Part shown: positions 1 to 13,077 of the stretch, piece after piece
Numbering within the stretch: the first letter of the stretch is position 1
Layout: each line of letters starts with the position of its first letter
Source: the human T2T-CHM13v2.0 reference genome, Homo sapiens
DNA: 64,000 nt
NCBI RefSeq assembly: GCF_009914755.1
Contig: NC_060925.1
Direction: 5' to 3' (one strand)
Notes under the pieces: model-generated
Database searches by the model: none
Seen by the model: only the letters and a program-made list of their open reading frames with translations
Told to the model about the DNA's origin: nothing
Position numbers and translations under genes: made by a program

Positions 1-265
1 TTGCTCATTGGAGAGCCACCACTGTTGTTGCCTTAACCTCTAATATTACTCCATCTCTACAACCTCTATGGTGAGAGCCAGGTCTGGTATGCTGTTTATC
101 AATACTCCTCTACCTCTTCCCCTATGAGTGAAAGCTACAGCAGTATCAGCACCAAGGACTGAGTGACTAAACACATATTAAAAAATCTTCTATTTTTTTC
201 CATAATTGGTATGTGGAGAATTTTCACTCTCTTTTGAATTGTTTTGATAAATCAATTTTAAGCAA

Positions 266-722
266 ATCAGTTTCCTGGCCTAAACAAATGACCTAAAACT
301 TGGTGAATTAAAAACATTTTTTTTCTCTCACAGTTCTGAGTCCAGAAGTCTGAATCAGTGTCACTGAGCCAAAATGAAGGTGTCAGTAGAGCCACGCTGA
401 CTCTAGCTGAAAATCTATTCCTTTCCCCTTCCAGCAAACAGTGGCTGCCTACATCCCTTGATTTGTGAGTATGTCTCTGCAATCTCTGCCTCCATGGTCA
501 CATTTCCTCTGCCTCTTTTGTGTATATCAAATCTCCTCCGGCCTCTGTCTTTAAATAACACTTGTGATTTGATTTACAGCCCACAGTGACAATAGAGTAT
601 AATCTCTCCAAGTCAATAATTTAATCACATCAGCAAAAATTATTTTCCTCATAAAGTAAAACAAAATGTTTCAGGGATTGGGTGCTGATGTTTTTGCATA
701 GTCATTGTTCAGCCTTTTACAT
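266..722 (-). mobile_element. MaLR solo LTR, MLT1B/C-like
   Basis: Recognised MLT1 motifs: ctcacagttctg..ccagaagtctgaatcagtgtcactgagccaaaatgaaggtgtcag, aatctctgcctcc and ttaatcacatc. Ends approximate. Confidence 0.7.
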
Positions 723-1254
723 TTCTTTTAAAGGTATTTCAAATATTGATAAAAGTTTTTTTGTAATTTAGTTGTCTCTTACTCTATAGTCATTTTTCCT
801 CATCCTTTCTTGTTTTTAATCTATTCCATTTCTTCCTATTTTTTGTCTTATCTTTTCTTCAATATATGGCTGTTTTTACATATTTAAACTAGCTCTTAGA
901 TATAATTATTTGTTCCATTATTTTACAGTTTTCTACTTTATTAATTTCCTGTTATTTTATGTAAATTATAGTTTACTTATCTCTTTGTGTATATTAAATA
1001 TATTTCTTAACTTACTTATTTTTTATTGTATTTTAACAAAAGTGAATACTATATTTTTTGACATTTTCCTGCAGGTTTTCTTGAAATAACATGTCAATTA
1101 TCATTATTTTCAAGATATTCTACAATGTTAGCATGTATTTCTTATTTTATACATGTGATTTGAGAGTAATTAATCGGCTGTTAGATGCTCTTTGTTTCCT
1201 TATTTTGCAACTAATGCTAAATTTAGTTTTCCTGATTTCTGGAAATTTTAGAAA

Positions 1255-2364
1255 TAAAAATTTTAAAACAATTTCAGATTTACTGAAAAATTGTGATGGT
1301 ATTATGGAAGGTACCCACATATCCAACACCCATATCCCCTAATATTAGCATTTCATATTGGTATACTGTATTTGTCACAATTAATGAATTAATATTGCTT
1401 CATCGTTATTAATTAAAGTCCATACTTTATATTCAGATTTCCTTGGTTTTTACCTGAAGGTTTTTTATTCTTCTAGCAACCATCCAAGATATAACATTGC
1501 ATTTAATGGTCATGCCTCTTCAGGCTCCTCTTAGCTAAGACAGTTCTCAGACTTTTGTATTTAACACCCTTGACAGAGACTTTTAAGGTGTACAAATCAG
1601 GAATTTTGTAGAATGCCCTTCAATTTGGATCCTCTTGATATTTTCTCATGATTAAACTGGAGTTATATTATTGAGAGGGAAACCACAGAGATAGCTAGAA
1701 ATTTCTATCTTACGACATAAAGGCCATATGTTATCAACATAATACGATATATCACAGTTAATGTTGACCTTAATCACCTAACTGAGGTAGTGCTTGCCCC
1801 GTGGTTTCTTCACTAAGCTTACACCCTGTCCCACTGTATTCTTCAATGAGTGAGAAGTTATGATTCACCTTTTTGAGATTCATAATATCTACATAAATAT
1901 TTGGTATTCTCCACAAGATATTATCTCTTATCTCTTAGTTGTTTACATAATCCTTTCTTTATGTTAGTATGAACTTATGGATATTTATTTTATACTTTGA
2001 GTTACAACTCAATAGTACTTCATATTCTTGCTTTTTATTTTTTTTAGATTTTGCCATTGAGGCCCCTTCAGTTGGCTCCTATATCCTTTTGACATACTCC
2101 AACCATTGTATTACTTTTAATACTTTCTTACTTCCTAGCACTACAAGATGTACCAGGCTCGTCTTGCATAACTCTTTGCCCCAATCCTAGAACCAGCCAG
2201 CTCTCTAAAGATCCCTGGTGCCTTTTAAAGAATAGTGTTAGAAACTCAGTGCTGGGCTCTGAATGGGCTCATTGTTACTTGGTGTTATTGTCCTCTTAGC
2301 CAGCTGTCATTGTCTTCTAAGCCCTCAAAGATGACGGAACAAGAACTATATGTGCATATACTGA

Positions 2365-2405
<41 letters not shown>

Positions 2406-2750
2406 CATATCAAAATTTATATCTATATTTCTCTATGTAATCATCTGTGTCTATATTAAACTAAACACAAGTTCATAATGAAGTTGCCACTAATCTATTA
2501 CCACATGGATCATCCAGCCTCCTACATTGCTTATCTAAAATGATGAGAAACCTGGCTACCACTGTCCACTACCCATTTACCTTAACTATTCAATTCCAGT
2601 ATACATGAATACAATTTATATCTCATACAATGTGAAAACAACTTTATCTACTAAAGAAGAGTGCGTCTGTACAGTTCCATTTGCCTTTAGTTTTAAGACT
2701 ACTCATTTCCCTTTATTTAGGTCACTTCCATACACATTTCAAATGTGTGT
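1255..2750 (-). mobile_element. Old L1 3' region (L1MC3/4-like)
   Basis: Motifs aatcacctaactgaggtagtg and ctagcactacaagatgtaccaggctc..ccccaatcctagaaccagcc are typical of L1MC 3' ends. Boundaries approximate. Confidence 0.6.
2367..2402 (+). repeat. (GT)n microsatellite
   Basis: Pure GT run of about 18 units. Confidence 0.95.
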
Positions 2751-3475
2751 TTTATTTACAACCTAATGTATATAATATTATATGTATTCATCATTTTTAC
2801 ATTAAAACATTTATATTCTGTGATATTGATATTGATTTAAAAATTGGTACATATTAAATAAATTAACCTGAATAATTGTGGTATTTCATTTTGGAAATCT
2901 ATATTCTTTCAAGAGATAATTTAATATGTGACTTTGTTGTTTATATCTATTTTCTTCATATTCCTTGTATCTTTTCATGTAAATGTTGCTGCTAAGTTGT
3001 TTGTAGCACACATTTTTATTTGGTATGTCTTATTATAAATTTGATTAGCATTTATATCTACATTTAAATTTCTTCAATAGGAAGATTGGAATAACTGATA
3101 TGTGATTGTTGTTAGCCTTTGCATATTACATCTTTTCATTTTCTCTTCACTTTGATCTTAGTAACACCCTTTATTTAGGTCTATATCTTCTACACTTTAA
3201 AGTCATCTTTTATTTTGTTATGAAATCAGATAGTGATTATTTGTTAAATATGTGAGTTTAGCTCACACCCATACACCCATATGTAAATATGTTAGATGCA
3301 TCTATTTAATCTTTTTTTCTTTGTAATTTTGTGACTGCATTTATTTTAAGTACATTGTCCTCGCTGCTTCCTTTACCCTAACATACTGACTTTCACACAG
3401 ATACCCCCATGGAAAACAAACAGGAAATACAAATTTTAAAGCAGCTTATTCTTATTGCTAGTTCCTGATACATGA

Positions 3476-4016
3476 TTTTTTAAAACTTTTATTTTGGGTT
3501 CATGGATACATGTGCAGGTTTGCCATATGGATAAACTCATGTCATAGGGGTTTGTTGTACAGATTATTTGATTACTGAGGTACTAAGCCTAGTACTCAAT
3601 AGTTATTTTTCTTGACACTCTCCCTCCTCCTACCCTCCACCCTAAAAGTAGACCTCGGTGTCTGTTGTTCCCTCCTTTGTGTCCATGAGATCATTTTTTT
3701 TTTTTAATGGCCACATAGCATTCTGTGGAGTATATGTACCACATTTCTTTAGCTATTCTGCCACTGATAGGCATTTAGGTTGATTTCATGTCTTTGCTAT
3801 TGTGAATAGGGCTGCAATGAACATATACATACATGTGTCTTTATTGTAGAATGATTTATATTCCTTTGGGTATATACTCAGTAATGGGATTGCTGGGTCA
3901 AATAATAGTTTTGTTTTTAGCTCTTTGAGGAATTGCCACGCTGCTTTTCACAATGGTTGAACTAATTTACACTCCCACCAAGAGTACATAAGCATTCCCT
4001 TTTCTCTGCAATCTTG
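3476..4016 (-). mobile_element. 5'-truncated L1PA13-16 3' end with internal deletion
   Basis: T-rich tail, then tacatgtgcaggtttg, gtactaagcctagtactcaatagttattttt and caatggttgaactaatttacactcccacca. Confidence 0.85.
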
Positions 4017-6674
4017 CTTTCCACTTCTTTATCTTTTTAAATAAACTTCACATTGTAGTATCACTTCTTAATTATGTGATTTTATTAAAAACAAAACTTA
4101 GGAAGGCTTGTAGTTTCTTAACAGTTGTATTTATAACAATAAATACAACACAATACGATAGCTAATAGAAAAATAATCTCTATGACTTTAGATATCATCC
4201 ATTAACACCTTATTGTAAGTCTTTCCACTCTCTTGATTTATCCCTCTGATTTTATTTGATTGAATGATCACTCTTCATCTTTACCTTCACATTCTTATAT
4301 ACAATTAAAACTCTTGTTGATTGCTCTCTTTTAAATAAATCATTTATCAAAGTGCAGTGCACATGCTGAAAAGTGCCCAAATACATATGCACAAAGTATA
4401 CTTATCGGCATAAACACCATACACAATTATAATTATTACTTTAATGTAATTTTGTGATACAATCATTAAGACTACGTTGAAGTAGTGTTAAAAGAAACAG
4501 CATGCAACATGCAATTTAAAATAAGATTGAAAACATTCTGTATTAAGTTATCTATCAAGCATATGTTCAGTTGCCCTTACTCTACTCTTAGGCTTGTTTC
4601 TTCAGATGGTAGAATTTGGCTTGTGCCTATGGATACTTGAGGAGCCATAGAGTCAGGATAATTATTTAATTTTAAAACAAACTATAGTAGAATATATACC
4701 AGGCTAACAAGGACAGTTAAGTAAAACAGAAGTAACTGATAAATTGGTAAATGACATTAGTCGTCAGTGTTCACCATATGTTTGAGAGAGAATTAAATTA
4801 TCTCTATGCCAATTTGTCTGGTATTATAGCCAATAATTATTGTAGTGTATTACTTCTATTCTTTAAAGTGAAAATATATTTTAAAACTCTATATTCTAAT
4901 AATTTAATAATTCTAAATAATTTAGAATAATTTCTAAATATTTGCAATGAGTTGAATGTCTCAAAGCTCCCTTTAGAAACTGTGCCTACAAAATAGCAAA
5001 AAGTAATCAAAATAGAGCTTTCCACAAAACACACACGTTATTATCTAACAGAAAGTGCATAAAAACAATGTGGCTATCTCTACTTCCATAAATAAGTTGA
5101 AAAAAGCACATACAATTTTAATACATTTTGTTCTCTTGATAATTCATTAATTTTTCATGATACAAATTTGACCTTTTGTTTCTGTCAACTTATTTTTAAT
5201 TAATGTAATCACTCACCTGAAATGACCTTATTATTTGGTTTGTTTGGATGTGTTAATAATGTAAATAATGCATATAGGAAGCAGATTTAAAAGTAGTTGT
5301 TGAAATGAATGTATCTCTTTCTCATTCAGAAATATTAATGTTTAGCATCTTAGAATGACCCTAGGAATTCTTTAAGTAATTACCTAATTGCTTAATTGTT
5401 CATTAGATACCCTAATGCTAAAGAAAGCTATTGACCATTTTCTTACAAATGGTTGTGCCTGGCACAGAGTAGTATTTAATTATTTCTCTATGGATTAAAA
5501 TGTTGGCTTTAGAATATTGCAGTTAATCAACTTCTGACTATACGTGTCTAAATTAGGATTGAGGATCGTCTCCAAATAACCACTTTTCACTATACAGGTA
5601 GTCAATTATCTCTACTCCATTACTCATCAGGGGCTGACTTTCCTTCACTGACTGTGTCTCAGACAAAACCACAGCTACTATCAGATTAAACTTTGCCTTT
5701 CTGTGCTGATGTATTATTATAACAATATGAATATTCAAGAGTTGACTGGCAGCATAAAGTGAACTCAACAATGTATTCAAGAATATCAAGGGATGTGTTG
5801 AATCCATTAGGAAAAGTCTAACCTTATCTATTGAAGTACATTCCTGCACTTCCTTTTCAGCATTCAGTTATGTCTTCATGATAAATTACATCAAAGATGT
5901 TTTCTTTTAGCAATTTTCTTTTTCTGATAGTCATAGATCTATTCATTTTGTAAAATTGATGTCACCTTATTACAGAATTTAATCGTTTTCTGTTCTTCTA
6001 TTAATTAACTTGACCTGTTTACTTATCAATATTTTATTGCATCAGATTTTTTTAACCAATAACTTATATTTGTTATTATAATTGAATATCGTGCATTATT
6101 GTTCTGATTAAAATGTTTTTTCCATGGTAGGAAATAAAAATTGCTTATGATAAATCTGTGGACAAGACAAAGATTCTGATCTCATACAGCTTAAATTTAT
6201 ATATATAATTAGTGGCAGGAATATTCTATGAAGAAAATATAACAAAGATTGAAAGAAAAATGTGGGGGAGGGGCCAAGATGGCTGAATAGAAACAGCTCT
6301 AGTCTGTAGCTCCAAGAAAAATGAATGCAAAAAAGGTGAGTGATTTCTGCATTTCAAACTGAGGTACCCAGTTCATCTCATTGGGACTGACTAGGCAGTT
6401 GGCGTGACCCATGGAGAGCAAGGCAAAGCAGGATGGGGTGATGGTTCACTATGGATCTGCATGGGGCAAAGGGACCTCCCTTCCCCAGCCAAGGGAGGCA
6501 GTGAGGGACTGTGCTAACTGCCCGGGTACACTGCTTTTCCCACAGATTTTTTTTCAATCTGGGAATCAGGAGGTCTCTCATGAGTCTAAACCACCAGGGC
6601 CTTGGGTCTCAAGCACAAAACTGGGCAGACCCAAAGCGGCTGCTCCCATCAGCAGCTGTTTGGGCAGGCACTGA

Positions 6675-6986
<312 letters not shown>

Positions 6987-7961
6987 TGCAGGAGCTTTTG
7001 TATACTCTAGTGGCACCTGGAACTCCAGTGAGGCAGGAGAACCATCCACTCCTGTGGAAAGAGGGGTGAAGCCAGGAAGCCAAATGGACTCGTTCAGTGG
7101 GTCCCACTCCCATTGAACTCCGCAGGCTAAGACCCACTGGCTTGAAATCCCCACTGGCCAGCACAGCAGCCTGGAGTTGGCCTAAAACGACCTAATTCCC
7201 AAGGGTGGGGGCAAGCACCATTACTGAGGCTCTAGTCCATGGTTTTCTCCTGACAGTGCTAGGGAGACAGGGAGATTTGGACTGGGCGGTACTACCCACA
7301 GCACAGCACAGCAGCTGTAGTAGATTGCGGCCAGACTTCTTCTTTAGGTGGGACCAGGATCCATCCCTCCTCAAAGGGCAGGGCCTCCCTACAGGAATTC
7401 CAGCAATTCCAGCCGGGGGCTTACAGACAGACCTCTAATCTCCTTGGGTCCGAACACCTGGGGGGAGGGGCGGCCACAGTCTCAGGTTCAGCGGATTTAA
7501 TCTTTCCTGCCTGCTGGCTTTGAAGAGTCCGGCTGATCCGAATGAAGGGGAGTGCCCCAGCACAGTACACCAGCTCCGCTAAAAGACAGTCGGCTTTCTT
7601 AAGTGAGTGCCTGACTCCGTGCCTCCTGATTGGGTGAGACCTCCCAACATGGGTGGCCAGAAACCTTATACAAAAGAGTTCCAGCCAGCATCAGGTCAGT
7701 GCCCCTCTGGGACTAAGCTTCTGGAGGAAAGAGCAGGCAGTAATCTGCTGTTTTACAACCTCCACTGGTGATACCCAGGTGAACAGGGTCTGGAGTGGAC
7801 CCCCAGCAAACTGCAGCAGACCTGCAGAAGAGGGGCCTGACTGTTAGAAGAAAAACAAACAGAAAGCAACAACACAACAACAACATCAACAAAAAAGACC
7901 CCACAAAACCCCATCCAAAGATCAACAGCCTCAAAGATCAAAGGTAGATAAATCCATGAAG

Positions 7962-8980
7962 ATGAGGAAAAACCAACAAAAAAGCGCTGAAAATTCCAAA
8001 AGCCGGAATGCCTCTTCTCCTCCAGTTGTTGCAACACCTCTCTAGCAAGGGCATAGAATGGGGCAGAGGCTGAAATGGAGAAATTGACAGAAGCAGGCTT
8101 CAGAAAGTGGGTAATAACAAACTTCACTGAGCCAAGGATTATGTTCTAATGTAATGCAAACAAAACAAAACAAAAAACTAAGAACCATGATGAAAGATTA
8201 GGGTAGCTGTAAACTAGAATAACCAGTTTAGAGAGGAACATGAATGACCTGATGGTGCTGAAAAACACCGCATGAGAACTTCATGGTGCAAACACAAGTA
8301 TCAATAACTGAATCAACCACATGAAAGAGAGAATATCAGAGCTTGATGACTATCTTGCTGAATTAAGGCAGGCAGACTAAAGAAAAAGAATGAAAAGAAA
8401 TGAACCAAACCTCTGAAAACTAGGGGACTATGTAAAAAAGCTGAACCTATGACTGATTGGATTACCTGAAAGAGATGAGGAAAATGGAATCAAGTTGAAA
8501 AACACACTTCAAGATATCATCCAGGAGAACTTCCCCAACCTAGCAAGACAGGTCAATATTCAAATTCAGGAAATCCAGAGAATTCCAATAAGATACTCTA
8601 TGAGAAGATCTACTCCAAGCCACATAATCATCAGATTTTCCAAGGTTGAAAAGAAGGAAAAAATGTTAAGGGCAGTCAGAGGGAAAGTCAGGCCACCTAC
8701 AAAGGGAAGCCCATCAGACTAACAACAGACCTCTCAGCAGAAACCCTACAAGCCAGAAGAGATTGGGGGCCAATATTCTTAAAAAAAAAAAAAAAAAGAA
8801 TTTCTTACCCAGAATTTTATATCCAGCTAAAGCTTCATGAATGAAGGAGAGATAAAATCCTCTTCAGACAAGCAAATGCTGAGGGATTTTGTCACCACCA
8901 GGCCTGCCTTGCAAGAGCTCCTGAAGAAAGCATGAAAAGGAAAAACCTTTACCAGCCACTACAAAAACACACTGAAGTAG
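7962..8980 (+). pseudogene. L1 ORF1 remnant (RNA-binding protein), disrupted
   Basis: Starts ATGAGGAAAAACCAA. ORF 8495-8722 reads NTLQDIIQENFPNLARQVNIQIQEIQR. Multiple stops and frameshifts. Confidence 0.88.
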
Positions 8981-9046
8981 ACAGACCAATGACACGATGA
9001 AGCAACTACATTAACCAGTCTAAAAAATGAACCACCTAGCATGAGG

Positions 9047-12000
9047 ATGACAGTATCAAATTCACACATAACAATATTAACCTTAAATGTAAATGGGTTA
9101 AGTGCATCAATTAAGAGACACAAAATGGCAAGCTGGATAAAAAGACAAGACACATCAGTGTGCTGTATTCAAGAGATACATCTCACTTGCAAAGATACAC
9201 ATAGGCTCAAAATAAAGGGATGGAGAAAAATTTGCCAAGCAAATGAGAAGCCAAAAAAATCAGGGGTTGCAATCCTAGTTTCTGGCAAAATAGACTTTAA
9301 ATCAACAGAAGTCAAAAAAGACAAAAAGGACATTACATAATGGTAAAGAGCTCAATTCAACAAGAAGAGATAACTATCCTAAATATATGCGCACCTAATA
9401 AAGGAACCCCCAGATTCATAAAACAAGTTCTTAAAGACCCACAAAGTGACTTACACCCCCAGAAAATAATAGTGGGAGACTTTAATACCTCACTGTCAGT
9501 AATAGACATATCATTGAGAAAGAAAATTAACGAAGATATTTAGGACTTGAACTCAGCTCTGGGCCAAGTGGATCTGATAGTTATGTATAGAAAGTTCCAC
9601 CTCAAAACAACAGAATATGCATATTTCTTGGCACCACAGGGCACTTACTGTAAAACTGATCACATAATTGGAAGGAAAACACTCCTCAGCAAATGCAAAA
9701 TAACTGAAATAATAACAGTCTCTGAGATACCAGTGCAATCAAATTAGAACTCAAGATTAAGAAACCCACTCAAAACCCCACAACTACATGAAAATTGGAA
9801 AACCTGCTCCTGAACGGCTTTTGGGTAAATAACGACATTAAGGCAGAAATCAAGAAGTTAATTGAAACCAATGAGAACAAAGAGACAACATATCAGAATC
9901 TCTGGGATGCAGCTAAAGCAATGTTACAAGACACATTTATAGCACTAAATCCCTACATCAAAAATCTGGAAGGATCTCCATTGACACCCTAACATCACAA
10001 CTAAAAGAACTAAAGAACCAAGAGCAAACAAACCTCAGAGCTAGCAGAAGACAAGAAATAACCATGCGCAGAGCAAAACCGAAGGAGATAGAGACAAAAA
10101 AAAAAAAAAAGCTCTTCAAAAAAATCAAGGAATCCAGGAGCTGTTTTATAAATAAATGTAATAATATAGATAGGCCATTGGCTAGACTAATAAAGAAGAA
10201 AAGAGAGAAGATTTAAATAAACATAATCGGAAATGATAAGGGGGATAACACCACAGACCCCACAGAAATACAAACAACCATGAGAGAATACTATAAACAC
10301 CTCTCTGCAAATAGCCTAGAAAATCTAGAAGAAATTGATAAATTCCTGGACACATACACCCTCCCAAGACTGAACCTGGAAAAAGTCAAATCTCTGACTA
10401 GACCAATAAGAAGTTCTGAAGTTGAGGCAGTAATAAATAGCCTACCAACCAAAAAAAAGCTCAGGTCTAGATGGATTTACAGCTGAATTCTATAAGAAGT
10501 ACAAAGAGGAGCTGTTACTATTTCTTCTGAAACTGTTCCAAACAATTGAAAAGGGGGGAAGGGGGGACTCCTCCCTAACACATTTTATGGGGCCAGCATC
10601 ACCCTGATACCAAAACCTGGCAGAGACACAACAACAACAAAAAAAGAAAACTTCAGGCAATATCCCTGATGAACATCGATGCAAAAATTCACAGTAAAAT
10701 ACTGGCAAATGGAATCCAGCAGCACATCAAAAAGCTGTCCACCACAATAAAGCAGGCTTTATCTCTGGGATGCAAGGCTGGTTCAACATACACAAATCAA
10801 TAAATGTAATTCATCACATAAACAGAACTAAAGACAAAAACGACATGATTATCTCAATAGAAGCAGAAAAAAAGCCTTCAATAAAATTCAACATCCCTTC
10901 ATATTAAAAGCTCTCTGTAAACTAGGTGTTGAAGGAACATACCTCAAATTAATAAGAGCCATTTATGAAAAACCCACAGCCAATATCATACTGAATGGGC
11001 AAAACCTGGAAACATTCCTTTTGAAAATTAACATAAGACAAGGATGCCCTCTTTCACTACTGTTATTCAACATAGTATTGGAAGTTATGGCTAGGGCAAT
11101 CAAGCAAAAAAAAAAAAAAAAAAAGAAAGAAATGGTATTCAAATAGGAAGAGAGGAAGTCAAACTCTCTCTGTTTGCAGATGACATGTTAATATATCTAG
11201 AAAAGACTTTTGATTAAGTCCAAAAGCTTCTTAAGCTGATAAGCAACTTCAGCAAAGTCTCAGTTTACAAAATTAATATACAGAAATCACAAGCATTCCT
11301 ATACACCAATAACAGACAAGCCAAGAGCCAAATCATGATTGAATTCCCTTTTGCAATTACCACAAAGAAAATAAAGTGCCTGGAAATACAGCTAACAATG
11401 GAAGTGAAAGACCTCTTCAAGGAGAACTACAAATCACTGCTCAAAGAAATTAGAGAGGACACAAGCAGATTAAAAAAAAATTCCATACTCATGGATAGGA
11501 AGGATCAATATTGTGAAAATGGCATACTTTCCAAAGCAATTTATAGATTCAATGCTATTCCCATTAAATTACCATTGTTGTTCGTCACAGAAAGAAAAAA
11601 AAAGCATTTTAAAATTCATATGAACGCCAAAAAGAGCTCATTTAGCCAAGACAATCCTAAACAAAAAGAACAAAACTGGAGGCATCTGTTATGCAACTTC
11701 AAACTATACTACAAGGCTGCAGTAGCCAAAATAGCATGGTACTGCTACCAAAGCAGACACATAGACCAATAGAACAAAATAGAAAATTCAGAAATAAAAC
11801 CACATATCTACAACCATCTGATCTTCAACAAACCTGACAAAAGCAATTAATGAAGAAAGGATTCCCCATTTAATAAATGGTGCTGGGAGAACTGTTTAGC
11901 CATATGCAGAAAATTGAAACTGGACCCTTTCCTTACACCTTATACAAAAATTAACTCAAGATGGATTAAAGACTTAAATGTAAAATCCCAAACTATAAAA

Positions 12001-12897
12001 ACCCTAGAAGAAAATCTAGGCAATGGCATTCAGGGCATAGGCATGGGCAAAGAATTTATGATGAAATAGCCAAAAGCAATTGCAACAAAATCAGAAATTG
12101 ACAAATGGGATCTAATTAAACTGAAGAGCTGCATGGCAAATGGAACTATCATCAGATCAAACAGACAACATATAGAATGGGAGAACATTTTTGCAATTTA
12201 TCCATCCGACAAAGGTCTCATATCCAGAATCTACATGGAACTTAAGAAAATTTAAAAGAAAAATAAAAACAAACAATCCCATTAAAAAGTGGGCAAAATA
12301 TATGAACAGACACTTCTCAGAAAAGACAAACATGTGGCCAACAAACATATGAAGAAAGCTCAACATCACTGATGTTGAAATGCAAATCAAAACCACAATG
12401 AGATACCATCTCATTCCAGTCAAAATGGCAATTATTAAAACTCAAGAAAAAAACAGATGCTGGTGAGGTTGAGGAGAAATAGGAATGCCTTTACACTGTT
12501 GGTGGGAATGTAAATTAGTTCAACCACTGTGAAAGACAGTGTGGTGATTCCTCAAAGATTTAAAACTGGAAATACATTTGACATAGAAATCCCATTACTG
12601 GGTATAAACCCAAAGGAATATAAATCATTCTATTATAAAGATATGTGCACATGAATGTTCATTGCAGCACTATTCACAATAGCAAAGACATGGAATCAAC
12701 CAAAATGCACATAAATGATAGACTGGATAAAGAAAATTTAGTACATATACAGCGTGGAATACTTTGCAGCCATACAAAGGAAAGAGATCATGTCCTTTGC
12801 AGGAACATGGATGAAACTGGAAGCCATTATCCTCAGCAAACTATTGCAGGAACGGAAAACCAAACACTGCATGTTCTCACTTATAAGTGGGAGCTGA
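9047..12897 (+). pseudogene. L1 ORF2 remnant (endonuclease / reverse transcriptase), disrupted
   Basis: MTVSNSHITILTLNVNGL start, EN motif GDFN, RT motif FADD at 11173-11184, terminal gggagctga. Broken into many short ORFs. Confidence 0.92.
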
Positions 12898-13077
12898 ACA
12901 ATGAGAACACATGGACACAGCAGGGGGAACAGCACACATTGGGGTGTGTCTGGGGAACCTAGGGGAGGGAGAACATTAGGGACAAGTGTTAATGCATTCT
13001 GGGCTTAATACCTAGGTAATGGATTGATAGGTGCAGCAAACCCCCATGGCACACATTTTCCTATGCAACAAACCTCC

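Noticed and set aside
7962-12897. Active L1 encoding ORF1p/ORF2p
   Set aside because: Both frames are broken by many stops and frameshifts.
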